This document shows, in pieces, positions 63,919 through 64,000 of a stretch of DNA of 64,000 bases. The notes under the pieces are model-generated. The model saw nothing but the letters and a program-made list of their open reading frames with translations. It did no database searches and was not told the DNA's origin. The stretch comes from an uncultured Candidatus Actinomarina sp. Lineage in GTDB: Bacteria > Actinomycetota > Acidimicrobiia > Actinomarinales > Actinomarinaceae. Each line of letters begins with the position of its first letter. Positions within the stretch are counted from its first letter, which is position 1. The stretch is from NCBI GenBank assembly GCA_902555055.1, contig CACDQN010000002.1:64094-128093 (forward strand), written 5' to 3'. The translations under genes were made by a program, and so were the position numbers.

Positions 63919-64000
63919 ATGAAGGTATTAAAAGGTTTTATCTTAGTTTTCTTATCGTTCAATATATTCATATTGCTTTTAACATATTTTCTAAATGTTA
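63919..64000 (+). CDS. Start of a hydrophobic (membrane/signal) protein, truncated by the window end
   Basis: From ATG 63919 the frame reads MKVLKGFILVFLSFNIFILLLTYFLNV and is still open at the window end. Confidence 0.3.
   Translation, partial: MKVLKGFILVFLSFNIFILLLTYFLNV

Noticed and set aside
1-64000. Global reassignment of TGA (for example to Trp or Gly) as the explanation for the in-frame TGAs in prfB and the AhpD-like gene.
   Set aside because: TGA terminates well-delimited genes at their expected ends (E2 at 11082-11084, prpD at 25982-25984, the M23 gene at 43186-43188). The prfB TGA sits in the canonical frameshift cassette.
1-64000. CRISPR arrays, IS elements, prophage or defence-system genes.
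   Set aside because: I saw no repeat-spacer periodicity and no transposase, integrase, recombinase or phage structural motifs in any frame of the ORF track. The content is core housekeeping.

Overview
This is an AT-rich (roughly one-third G+C by eye), very gene-dense 64-kb chromosomal segment. It holds about 65 protein genes, one tmRNA and one tRNA-Gln. I found no rRNA, CRISPR array, transposase, integrase or prophage signal. Gene content and order are actinobacterial: a WhiB1-like regulator, mycoredoxin, DUF3107/DUF3152, F420 genes cofD/cofE, rsmI-tatD-ksgA-ispE-tRNAGln-glmU-prs, secA-prfB-ftsEX-smpB, and manB-SIS-ahcY. Together with the low GC and pervasive gene overlap, this suggests a streamlined, probably marine, Actinomarinales-like actinobacterium; the taxon is inference only. 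Most of the window is housekeeping: suf Fe-S assembly, a 2-oxoacid dehydrogenase complex with lipoylation genes, transketolase, cell-wall enzymes, methylcitrate genes, mannose activation, Sec/RF2/FtsEX, redox proteins, and rRNA methyltransferases. Main observations, in rough order of interest: (1) An AhpD-like/CMD-family gene has an in-frame TGA exactly at the second Cys of its CxxC motif, followed by a GC-rich GGUC-loop hairpin, so it is a candidate selenoprotein with a SECIS element. (2) LipB and LipA are fused into one 542-aa protein, immediately after a fused E1 alpha-beta subunit. (3) A GtrA / GT2 / large polytopic membrane protein module resembles three-component glycosylation systems and is translationally coupled to a small Zn-ribbon protein. 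(4) A perfect TGTGA-N6-TCACA palindrome lies in the whiB promoter region. (5) The encoded CCA end of the tmRNA is followed with zero spacing by the ATG of the next gene. (6) prfB has the classic +1 frameshift site, and its start codon lies inside the end of secA; the ORF track missed this. (7) A short stand-alone CofE lacks the actinobacterial FbiB C-terminal domain. (8) Ten of 12 convergent gene pairs overlap at their 3' ends, leaving no room for intergenic terminators. All functional calls come from motif recognition by eye and need HMM/BLAST confirmation.
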